Shown here: in pieces, positions 55,153 to 64,000 of the stretch
Position numbering within the stretch: the first letter of the stretch is position 1
Layout: the number at the start of each line of letters is the position of its first letter
IMG/VR virus record: IMGVR_UViG_3300037067_018912
Location: 64,001-128,000 of that record
Length of the DNA: 64,000 nt
Direction: 5' to 3' (one strand)
DNA from: a virus
Taxonomy: Duplodnaviria; Caudoviricetes
Notes under the pieces: model-generated
Told to the model about the DNA's origin: nothing
Database searches by the model: none
What the model saw: the letters and a program-made list of their open reading frames with translations, nothing else
Position numbers and translations under genes: made by a program

Positions 55153-58100
55153 TTAACAAATCTTTTTCACCCTAATTGTTGCACAACATATCGTACCATT
55201 GGTGCTTTGTGTGCAGAAATAGAAATTAAAGCAATGGCTTCCCGCAGAAAGTGTCAAATCTTTCGTGAATTGATCTGCACGGTAATAACCGATCATATTA
55301 CACCCACCAAGTGTTGCTACCGGAGTTCCATCAACATTATATGTCACATAAATATATCTATTACCCGTAGAATTTGCAAATATTGACATCATATCCATCT
55401 GATACCTTCCCGCAGTAAAAGTTGAAGCAGTATACCCATAATAATATGTTGGTGTTGTTGTTGCAATTGTACATACCGTATTGGTTTCAGCATAATGGTA
55501 ATTATCACTGCCGCCAGTCAATAAGATTGCTTTGACTTGCTTATCAGTAGGATTCCAAAATAATGTACGATCAGTTGAAATACTACCTATTGAAGGTGTT
55601 GAAACAAGACAAAGCGTATTTCCAACTGTGGTAACACCACTCGCATTAAATGTTGAAGCAGCAGTTGTTGCACCAACCAATCTTGTTGTACCTACCGAAC
55701 ACAAACATGTGCTGCCATAAACCGTCGAACCCGATACCAAACCTGCGGCAAGGAAGTCTCCGCTTGTTCTTAACGTACCTGTCATTGTGTCGCCACTCAC
55801 ATTCACCTTCGTTAAATCACGAGGATGGACGTGATCTTGACGGCTGTACCTCAATGATGTACCCACTACCGTCAATCCATTCATCAATGGTGTCGCCGTA
55901 CCCGCTTGGCCAACGACAAACGCCGTTGTTGCAAACTGAGTCGTATTGGTATCGGCTACCGCCGTCAAACCATACACAGCACCTGTGAACGTATCCCCCG
56001 TCAAATCGGCCTTACCATCAAGGATTGTCTTCGTGACACCCGTGTAAGTATTGAATTGTGTTCTTCCAATATAATTAGCCGGAAGTGTTGTGCCTGTGAA
56101 CGTGGCAAATGCCGTCTTATCGAGTTTTGTCCCTATTAAAGTGTTTGTAACACCCGTATAGGCATTGATTTCAGTCTTATTATAATAGTTCGCCGGAACT
56201 GTCGTTCCAGAATAGGTATTAAAATCACTTACCGCAAGTCTGCTTGTATCGCTCGGATGAACATGATCTTGACGACTGTATTTTAACGACGTGCCGACTG
56301 CTGCCAATCCGTTCATCAACGGTATTGCTGTTCCAACCTGGCAAGAAGTAATAAATGCTGTTGTTGCAATACAAGTGTTGTTTGAATCCGCAACAGGTGT
56401 TGGAGCACATGCACTCGTCAAAAACGTTGGACTTGTAATCGGTGCTTTCGTATCAATCAAAGACTTTGTCGCCGCACTATAAACATTGATTTCAGTCTTG
56501 TTATAATAGTTTGCCGGAACTGTTGTACCGCTGTAAGTATTGAACGCACTTATGTCGAGTTTCGTCCCTATAAGAGTGTTTGTAGCACCCGTATAGGCAT
56601 TGATTTCAGTCTTGTTATAATAATTCGCCGGAACTGTTGTACCGCTATAAGTGTTGAATGCACTTACCGCAAGTCTGCTTGTATCACTCGGATGAACATG
56701 ATCCTGACGTGCATATCTCAACGATGTCCCAATAGCCACCGCACCGTTCATCAAAGGATTGGTGTTGGCAGCCTGGCCGAGAACGAACGCCGTTGTTGCA
56801 ACCCTTGTAGTGTTGGTATCGGCGGGAGCGGTGGTTGTGTAGATCGCCCCCGTGAAAGTATCCCCCGTCAAATCGGCCTTGCCATCAAGTGCCGTCTTTG
56901 TAACACCAGTATAAACATTGAAATTGCCAATGTTCACATATGTTGCAGGTGCTGTCGTCCCAGTGTATGTTACAAACACCGTGGTTGGCAGTTTGGCATC
57001 TATCGAGGTCTTCGTCGTACCACTGTAAGAATTAAAATTGACGATCTTTAAATAGGTCGCAGGGATTGTCGTGCCCGAATAGGTGTTGAATGCGGTTATC
57101 GACAATTTGGTATTCGTAACCCCCGAAATATAATCAATATCACCATCAATACCATTCAGTCTCGTATTTGTCGCACCACTGTAAGAATTAAAATTAGTGA
57201 TAGCCAGATAAGTCGCCGGGACTGTCGTACCTGAATAAGTATTAAATGCAGTTATACTGAGTTTCAATGCATCCGCATCGTCGACATATTTCTTATCAAC
57301 AAGATCGGTGGTTGTTGTGAATGTTGGATGGGATTGGTAATGTTGTATGCCCGTCAAATTCCTCGTACCATCAGTCCTCAGATATTGCGGATGATCGTCA
57401 TTCAAAAGGCCGCTTAAATCACCGTGGTTCGAAATACCACCACCACCACCAACCTGACCACCTATCTGATAAGAGAATGGCAATGGCCTGATATCATATA
57501 TCTCACCACCGAATGTTGTTGATCCTGCCGAATACACCACATATGCCATGTTTATCGCAGTAGTGTCAAACGGCGGCACTTTGCCTGGCAGACCTCCTGC
57601 TATTGCTTCCTCCTTAGTGCTGTAGTACGTCTGTGGCAAATAGAATGCCAATTGACCGCTCGTTGTTCTAAGCACGATCGCCTTCACCCATTTCCCGGAA
57701 GGTATGTTCTTCGTTGCTAAACTGACAACCGCCGTGTGACCCGTGCCCCCTGCACCAAAATACGGTATTGCCAAGGTCAATGTAGTCCCCGTGCCATCCC
57801 ATGTATGACCAGTGACAAGTGTCTCATATTGATATGGTGCAACACCATCGAAAGCATCGTATATGCGGAAGGTATCGCCTGTCGGCAGCACGCTTCTCAC
57901 ATCATCAGGACTTGTAACGATATTGCTGCCATATGTAAAATTGAAAGTATATGCGGTCAATATCAATCCCGATGGTTGGGTAGGATCGTTGTAATATGTG
58001 GTAGGGATGCTCGCATCCCCCGTATAGAATGACTTGTTAATATAATAAAAATCAGCATTAACTCCTTGATCAGGACTATTGTATGCAACAAGCGTCGTCA

Positions 58101-61100
58101 ATCCACTGATGTCAGCAAGAGTAGTACCAACTTGTGGCAAATCGACCGACATCAACCCCATCTGTATCTTGCATGGGGTACTGGTAATCATTGTTGTATT
58201 AGCACTTAATTGTTGAATGCTACCGCCATTATCGTATATGAAAATCCCAAGCCTTTTCAAATATTCGGAAGTCCTGGAAACCGCATTCTCAATAACACCA
58301 CCATCTTGTTTAATGTTACCGATTTGCACCGCCCAATAGAACGTACCTAATCTAATATTTTGAATGTTATTCGGCTCGGATATTGCCACCTGTATATCAC
58401 CATTAGAATTTACGTAGACATAGTAAGTCCCAACATCGTCCGGTGTGGTATATCCACTGGTATTGATTGTTTGACCGCTCCAAGTTATTAATTTGTGAAA
58501 TCCATCGTATGTAATATATCCATTACCAGGATAAATATACAGCAAATTCAAGTCAATTTGTGCAAGTGCCGTTTCAGGTGAAAGCCTGCCGGAGATTTGC
58601 GTTCTTTCAATATAATTAGCGACTTTTTGGTTAAAATCATCAACAGTCGTGCTTTCCCAATCGGGAATACTGATATTAACATCAATTGCATTACGTGTTG
58701 CAAGATCAGCCAATGAACTACCGACCTTACTTACTTTCGTCCAAGGTATTGTGCCCCCGGTGTATGCTGCAAACACCGCCGTTGGAAGTTTGGTGTCGGT
58801 GACACCGGAAATGTAATCAATATCGTCTTCAACACCATCAAGTCTTGTCTCTGTTGAAGCGGTGTAATTTACAAATGTTGCGATTTCTACATGTTCTATG
58901 TTCGTACCACCAGAATCCAAAATAAATTGGTATAGATTGTAACCATTTATTGAAGTACCTGTTGGTATTACAGGAGTTCCCGTGAACATGGGACTTTCAA
59001 GGAAGGCGAATGTTTTCCTCGTGCTTCCTGTCGTAGTGCCGTACCAATTATTACCGAGAAATTCCATTGCTCCCGGTTGTGGTGAACCCAACAACGATCC
59101 GCTTGTGAATTTCAACGGGGAAACAGTTGTTGTACCTGCTTTTAGGTGAACCACCGCCGTCGGTGAAGAAATTCCAAATCCTGTTCCAAGGTCTGAAATC
59201 CTGACCTTTTCCGTTGGAGCAGAACCACTTGATGTCTTGAACAACATATCTGCATAACAAGTCGTGCTGTTGCCTTTGTATATTACGTCAAGCGATGCCA
59301 ACGACGTGCCGACCGTCCCACCGCCACAGCACACCCTTGTTCTGAAGCATAAATGACCAAGAGAATCACCCGAACAGGAAGCCAATGGCGCATCCAATGT
59401 TCCTCTTGTTTTTGCAGCCACATACCCGCCACCAATAGCATCGTTGGACGACGCTCTCACTCTTATTTGGGCGGTAGCACTACAATTAGAATCGACTTCG
59501 AATAAACTGAAACTCTGACCTGCTGTCAAATCGACATAATTCGATTCATTCACCTGCAATTGATTGCATCCAGACATGTTACCGCCGCCGATGTTAGTCC
59601 TGCCGAGACTGTCGATGTAGAAATTCGGTCTTGCATCGAATTGTGAAGAATATACTCCAAACCTCTTATCACCGCCACGGACAACCGTATTTAAAGTTGG
59701 TATCACCGACGGCAGGCTTGACGTCCTCATCCTCACCCAATATAATTCCTTTTGTTGAAGTTCATCAGGCAGCACTGATAATATCCAATCATTTATTTGG
59801 GTATTATCCCAATAGATCGCACCCGATCTTGTCAAATCTACCGTTGAATCGTAATAATAATCACTTCCTTCCGTGATCTCGACCCAAGACGAACCATCGA
59901 AATATTCGATGATTAATATAGTATCCTGACTTGGAATTATTATATTGATTTGAACTGAATTGAATTTAGTGTATCCACCTATATACAATGCCCCCAACGT
60001 ATCCCCAGTGTTAAATATTTGAATAGGGTAGTTGGAATCCGACAGACTCGCCCTAACGGTGAGGTCTTCATACCCAATCACACCCGCCGTATAATCGGAA
60101 GTTTTTAAAATAGCATCAAACTGAGCGGGTGCTACAATCAACGTACCTGATGGAAGTTGAGGGAATGCATTGAAACTCCAAGTATCACCGGAAGTGTGCC
60201 CTGTTGTGTAATCAAATTTGACCTGCACACCATTCTCAATAAGAGTTAAACCTGTCGAACACCCGGTTGGTTGAGACCAACTGTTGAAAGTGACTCCCAA
60301 ATCCTTAGAAACCCTCCAAACGAATGTATCGGTCGTTCCCGTTACACCCGATATTCGGATTTCATAATTGGAGATAAATGTCTTATCATATATACCGTCG
60401 ACATACAGGTCGTTAAGTCCTGTGCCGATTATTTTGTTGGCATAGAATGAAAAATAATTCGACGGCGAGTTTACCCCGACCCTTCCACTCTCGGAAGCCA
60501 CGATTGGCGTCGTATTGCCCGCCATGTTGTATAAGTACCAAAATTCAGCATTCTCACCCCTAAATGTTTCTGCAAACCATTTTGGTTCACCATTTTCAAG
60601 CCACACCACATCCTTGTCAGCACCCGTAGGACCATCAACATTCAAACCATTGGCCTGTGTGTTGTAACCACCATCATCAAGTAAATCAGTTCCATAAAGA
60701 TGAATTTGTTTTACCGGATTAGTAATACCAATTCCAGTAAAACCACTTATGGTATTGATCGTTATGATTGGTGTGATACCATCCGCCTTATTAATCGTTA
60801 TTGCGGACGCTGTCCCCCCAAACGGCCTGATCTCATTGACCACAATACCACCATTGAAACTGCTTTCAACAGTCGTTGAAGCACCCACTTCCGTGACCTC
60901 TTGCAAATCCGGAACGGTGATATCGCAAGTATATGCGAATTCCCGCCTCGTGCCGCCAGTCGTCGTACCATAAAACTTGTCCCCTTGAAACTCTACAGCA
61001 CCTGATTCGGGTGTCGCCAGCAACAACCCGCTCGTGAATTTCAACGGAGCGGTGTTGGCTGCAGTTGTACCTGATTGCAAATGAACAAGTGCTGTTGGAA

Positions 61101-64000
61101 CAATTCCTCCAAAGCCAACACCTGCACCGCTCACCCTTATCTTTTCGACTTGGACAAGGTTTTGACCATTTGCCACTGCGAAGCGCAAATCACCATAATA
61201 CGTGCTGCCGTCACCGATATATTTTGAAATTATTTTTGCTGTGACAAAACCACAACCGTTTATAGGAGAACCCCATGTTATACAACCCATGTTGTCATCA
61301 TATTGGGGATTGACTGCACCGCTCAAAGTACCTCTTGATTTCGTCAGCAAAAGTGCCGGACCACAAGCATCATCACTTGCCTGTCTCAATTTGAGTAAAA
61401 GTGCAATACTACTATCCTCGTTGTCGAATTCCACAAGGCTTGAAGCACCTGAATATACTTGATAATTCTTGTTAGTATTTACTTGCAGTACATTACGACC
61501 CGTAAGATTACCACCACCTATGCTCGTCCTTCCCAAGGCATCAACATAGAATGATGGTCTGTAATCCATTGCTGACGCATACACTGCAAACCTCATGTTG
61601 CTGCCACGGGATACCCCGCCGATCAAAGGCGTTACCGTAGATGGACTTGCCGTCCTGATTCTTACCCAATAATACTCCCCTTCTCCCGGCATTTCCAAAG
61701 GCTCTGCATACGTCCAATTCGTCAAAGCATTCGTGTTCCAAGTCAAATATCCGGTTTGAGTTAAATTATTGGTAGTATCATTAAAATAACCGCTACTTGT
61801 GCCGATGTTTTCCCACGAATTTCCATCCCAATACTCTCCGACAAGGGTTATTCCTTCGCCCCCCTGAATGACATTAATAAACAATGAATTGAGTTTCGTG
61901 TTTGTGCCAATATACGCAGCATTTGTCGTTACACCCGTCTCAAACATCGGAGTTGGGACATCCACAACTGAAGTATTCACTTCAGCAGTGAAATCGGAAA
62001 ACGTCACCGCACTTGCAGTATAATCCAAAGTAGCCAATACCTTATTAACCCGGTTTCCGGTCACAGTAAACGTGGAAGGTGCTAATTGAGGAAACGTTGC
62101 GAACCTCCAAGCATCACCAACAACAAATCCGGTGATTTGGACGAATGACACCTCAACTCCACTATCAATTATTGTTGCACCTGTCGTACAACCTGTCGGT
62201 GTCGACCAAGCGGTATATGTGTTATTCAAATCACTGGACACCCTCCATTGATAAGTATCTGTTACACCAGTAGTGCTGTCGATCCTCACCTCGTAAATAG
62301 CGATGTAACTCTTGTCATACAACCCGCCGATCACAAGTCCATTATTATATGGCGTGCTGCCGACAGATTGAGCAGGATAATCGATTATATTCGACGGACT
62401 GTTAACACCAATTCTGCCACTTTCTGAAATAGTGAGTGGTGACAAATCACCCTCACTATTATACAAATACCAAAATTTTCCTTCTTCACCCCTGTAAATC
62501 TCGGCAAACCATTTCTCAGCACCATCGTCCCGCCATACAACATCCTTGTCGCCATCAGCAACACCATCAATGATAATACCGTTTTTATGTGTTGAAATAT
62601 AACTACCATTGGAATTATCAACCCCGTATATGTGAATGATATTGTCGGGTTCAACCGTTCCAAACCCGGTCAAACCACTTGTTGTGTTGATTGTTATAAT
62701 CGGCGTGACACCATCGGCTTTGTTAATTGTTATAGCCGATGCAGTTCCTCCAGACGGCCTGATCTCATTAACAACAAGACCCCCATTAAAACATGTTTCA
62801 ACGGTTGTCACCGCCCCTATCTCAGTAACTGTTTGCAAATTAATTGCATTGGTATCACACATGAAAGCGAATCTCTGCCTTGTACCGCCAGTCGTAGTCC
62901 CATAAAATTTCTCACCTTGGAACTCTACAGCACCCGCTTGGGGTGTTGTTAATAATGTCCCACTCGTGAACTTCAAAGGGGCGTTGGTTGTAGTGCCGGA
63001 CTTCAAATGAACAAGTGCCGTTGGTGTTGAAACCCCAAACCCAGTATCACCTTTATAGTCAATTCTAACCCTTTCCAACGGATCAGAGCCGTTTGCTGTT
63101 TTAAAGAAAATATCACCACATCTTGCTGTCGGAGCACCTGTGAATTGCGAATTGATCTCCGCCAACAGGCGTCCTGATGTCCCAGACCTGCCCCTGAAAC
63201 TGATGCGTCCGAGAAGGTCGCCCGTTTGCGTGCAGGATGATGCATCAAGCGTGCCACGGGTCTTGACAAACGTCAACCCTGGAGCACATGCGTCGTTCGA
63301 TGCAAGTTTTATTTTCAGATCAACAACGTTGCTGTCCTCGCTGTCGAATTCAACAAGACTGTCAGTGCCTGTGGTAGTCACTTGGACATTATTCCCAGTG
63401 TTGACTTGCAATTTATTGCTTCCTGTGATATTCCCGCCGCCGACGTTTATCCTCCCCAACGCATCCACATAAAATGCAGGTTTGTAATCGAACGCCGAAG
63501 CATATATCGAGAATCTTTGAGAACTACCTCTGGAAACACTACCAATATACGGTGCTATTGTTGGAGGACTTGACGTCCTAAATCTCAACCAATATAACAA
63601 TTCACCGCTGTTCCTCCCATCATAAGGAATCCACCCTGTCATTGTATCGACGTTCCATGTGATCGCACCAGATTGGGACACATTGTTCGTGCCGTCAAGG
63701 AAAAATTCATTCCCAATTGAAATGTCGACCCATGAAGTGCCGTTCCAATATTCAACAACCAATGTCATTCCGACACCGGGGGTTGGAATATTAAGAAACA
63801 ATGAATTAAGTTTCGTCACAGTACCAACGTATGCGGCGTTCAAGGTTGTCCCTGTTTGGAATAATTGAAGTGGAGAATCTATAGTTGATGAGTTCGCAAC
63901 CCCCGTTATATCAACACCCACAATGTATTGTGGTGGATATGTTGTGTAATTAGTGGTGTATATCACCCTGTCCACACGGTTTCCAGTGACGGACAACGTC
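55153..64000 (-). CDS. giant tail fibre/adhesin, >2,947 aa, start lies beyond the window
   Basis: frame is open past 63996; GxGxxxPxxxLH fibre motifs, ~642-aa repeats, FNTYSGTT and RQDHVHP repeats. Confidence 0.85.
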   Translation of the reverse strand, partial: TLSVTGNRVDRVIYTTNYTTYPPQYIVGVDITGVANSSTIDSPLQLFQTGTTLNAAYVGTVTKLNSLFLNIPTPGVGMTLVVEYWNGTSWVDISIGNEFFLDGTNNVSQSGAITWNVDTMTGWIPYDGRNSGELLYWLRFRTSSPPTIAPYIGSVSRGSSQRFSIYASAFDYKPAFYVDALGRINVGGGNITGSNKLQVNTGNNVQVTTTGTDSLVEFDSEDSNVVDLKIKLASNDACAPGLTFVKTRGTLDASSCTQTGDLLGRISFRGRSGTSGRLLAEINSQFTGAPTARCGDIFFKTANGSDPLERVRIDYKGDTGFGVSTPTALVHLKSGTTTNAPLKFTSGTLLTTPQAGAVEFQGEKFYGTTTGGTRQRFAFMCDTNAINLQTVTEIGAVTTVETCFNGGLVVNEIRPSGGTASAITINKADGVTPIITINTTSGLTGFGTVEPDNIIHIYGVDNSNGSYISTHKNGIIIDGVADGDKDVVWRDDGAEKWFAEIYRGEEGKFWYLYNSEGDLSPLTISESGRIGVNSPSNIIDYPAQSVGSTPYNNGLVIGGLYDKSYIAIYEVRIDSTTGVTDTYQWRVSSDLNNTYTAWSTPTGCTTGATIIDSGVEVSFVQITGFVVGDAWRFATFPQLAPSTFTVTGNRVNKVLATLDYTASAVTFSDFTAEVNTSVVDVPTPMFETGVTTNAAYIGTNTKLNSLFINVIQGGEGITLVGEYWDGNSWENIGTSSGYFNDTTNNLTQTGYLTWNTNALTNWTYAEPLEMPGEGEYYWVRIRTASPSTVTPLIGGVSRGSNMRFAVYASAMDYRPSFYVDALGRTSIGGGNLTGRNVLQVNTNKNYQVYSGASSLVEFDNEDSSIALLLKLRQASDDACGPALLLTKSRGTLSGAVNPQYDDNMGCITWGSPINGCGFVTAKIISKYIGDGSTYYGDLRFAVANGQNLVQVEKIRVSGAGVGFGGIVPTALVHLQSGTTAANTAPLKFTSGLLLATPESGAVEFQGDKFYGTTTGGTRREFAYTCDITVPDLQEVTEVGASTTVESSFNGGIVVNEIRPFGGTASAITINKADGITPIITINTISGFTGIGITNPVKQIHLYGTDLLDDGGYNTQANGLNVDGPTGADKDVVWLENGEPKWFAETFRGENAEFWYLYNMAGNTTPIVASESGRVGVNSPSNYFSFYANKIIGTGLNDLYVDGIYDKTFISNYEIRISGVTGTTDTFVWRVSKDLGVTFNSWSQPTGCSTGLTLIENGVQVKFDYTTGHTSGDTWSFNAFPQLPSGTLIVAPAQFDAILKTSDYTAGVIGYEDLTVRASLSDSNYPIQIFNTGDTLGALYIGGYTKFNSVQINIIIPSQDTILIIEYFDGSSWVEITEGSDYYYDSTVDLTRSGAIYWDNTQINDWILSVLPDELQQKELYWVRMRTSSLPSVIPTLNTVVRGGDKRFGVYSSQFDARPNFYIDSLGRTNIGGGNMSGCNQLQVNESNYVDLTAGQSFSLFEVDSNCSATAQIRVRASSNDAIGGGYVAAKTRGTLDAPLASCSGDSLGHLCFRTRVCCGGGTVGTSLASLDVIYKGNSTTCYADMLFKTSSGSAPTEKVRISDLGTGFGISSPTAVVHLKAGTTTVSPLKFTSGSLLGSPQPGAMEFLGNNWYGTTTGSTRKTFAFLESPMFTGTPVIPTGTSINGYNLYQFILDSGGTNIEHVEIATFVNYTASTETRLDGVEDDIDYISGVTDTKLPTAVFAAYTGGTIPWTKVSKVGSSLADLATRNAIDVNISIPDWESTTVDDFNQKVANYIERTQISGRLSPETALAQIDLNLLYIYPGNGYITYDGFHKLITWSGQTINTSGYTTPDDVGTYYVYVNSNGDIQVAISEPNNIQNIRLGTFYWAVQIGNIKQDGGVIENAVSRTSEYLKRLGIFIYDNGGSIQQLSANTTMITSTPCKIQMGLMSVDLPQVGTTLADISGLTTLVAYNSPDQGVNADFYYINKSFYTGDASIPTTYYNDPTQPSGLILTAYTFNFTYGSNIVTSPDDVRSVLPTGDTFRIYDAFDGVAPYQYETLVTGHTWDGTGTTLTLAIPYFGAGGTGHTAVVSLATKNIPSGKWVKAIVLRTTSGQLAFYLPQTYYSTKEEAIAGGLPGKVPPFDTTAINMAYVVYSAGSTTFGGEIYDIRPLPFSYQIGGQVGGGGGISNHGDLSGLLNDDHPQYLRTDGTRNLTGIQHYQSHPTFTTTTDLVDKKYVDDADALKLSITAFNTYSGTTVPATYLAITNFNSYSGATNTRLNGIDGDIDYISGVTNTKLSITAFNTYSGTTIPATYLKIVNFNSYSGTTKTSIDAKLPTTVFVTYTGTTAPATYVNIGNFNVYTGVTKTALDGKADLTGDTFTGAIYTTTAPADTNTTRVATTAFVLGQAANTNPLMNGAVAIGTSLRYARQDHVHPSDTSRLAVSAFNTYSGTTVPANYYNKTEINAYTGATNTLIGTKLDISAFNTYSGTTVPANYYNKTEINVYSAATKSLIDTKAPITSPTFLTSACAPTPVADSNNTCIATTAFITSCQVGTAIPLMNGLAAVGTSLKYSRQDHVHPSDTSRLAVSDFNTYSGTTVPANYYNKTEINAYTGVTNTLIGTKLDKTAFATFTGTTLPANYIGRTQFNTYTGVTKTILDGKADLTGDTFTGAVYGLTAVADTNTTQFATTAFVVGQAGTATPLMNGLTVVGTSLRYSRQDHVHPRDLTKVNVSGDTMTGTLRTSGDFLAAGLVSGSTVYGSTCLCSVGTTRLVGATTAASTFNASGVTTVGNTLCLVSTPSIGSISTDRTLFWNPTDKQVKAILLTGGSDNYHYAETNTVCTIATTTPTYYYGYTASTFTAGRYQMDMMSIFANSTGNRYIYVTYNVDGTPVATLGGCNMIGYYRADQFTKDLTLSAGSHCFNFYFCTQSTNGTICCATIRVKKIC
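55820..57270. repeat. short coding repeats in the fibre stalk
   Basis: 56141-56274 and 56576-56709 are near-identical (435 nt offset); KADLTGDTFTGA x2; RQDHVHP x3. Confidence 0.8.
58990..64000. repeat. ~1,926-1,929 nt (642-643 aa) tandem domain repeats in the fibre, about 2.6 copies visible
   Basis: equivalent positions at 63993, 62067 and 60138. Confidence 0.8.

Noticed and set aside
55153-57270. Diversity-generating retroelement template/variable repeat pair
   Set aside because: Differences between repeats are mostly synonymous rather than adenine-specific, and no reverse transcriptase is in the window
11-63868. Numerous plus-strand ORFs of 60-220 aa in the ORF track
   Set aside because: They are antisense shadows of well-supported minus-strand genes with no recognisable motifs; only hsp20 is accepted
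1-64000. Stop-codon reassignment, tRNA or rRNA genes
   Set aside because: The standard code gives dense full-length genes ending in TAA, TAG and TGA; intergenic gaps are short and no cloverleaf was recognised by eye (no tRNA scan was run)

Overview
64 kb segment of a large myovirus-type dsDNA phage genome. A Bacteroidota host is likely: there are TAnnTTTG host promoters, AT-rich leaders without Shine-Dalgarno sites, and Bacteroidota-type FN3/SprB-like domains. Almost all genes lie on the minus strand; Hsp20 is the only plus-strand gene I accept. Contents: (i) replication/recombination genes (family B DNA polymerase, SNF2/HARP helicase, primase, RuvC-like resolvase, a single-chain Mre11-Rad50 fusion, dCMP deaminase); (ii) a baseplate/tail module (gp25-like, gp6/J-like, tail-I-like, Cys-rich repeat proteins, a 5'-truncated >2,900-aa fibre) with three glycosyltransferases interleaved among its genes and a fourth nearby; (iii) a cluster of late-expressed, probably head-packaged effectors. 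The two best candidate systems, both inferences from motifs and context: (1) a 1,507-aa polyprotein (ART - unknown - GNAT - CCA-adding NTase - 2H phosphodiesterase - HAD phosphatase) whose linkers carry T4-type prohead-protease [LIV]-x-E sites, suggesting an injected tRNA 3'-end repair and host-takeover cassette; (2) a putative virion protein glycosylation system (plant HPAT/SGT1-like GT plus two GT2 and one GT4) whose likely structural substrates are enriched in an [S/T]-G-x-T motif, poly-Thr linkers and scattered Cys. A conserved [G/C]TATTTAT motif precedes 16 genes. No tRNA, rRNA, CRISPR array or mobile element was recognised. All family assignments come from motif recognition by eye; no searches were run.
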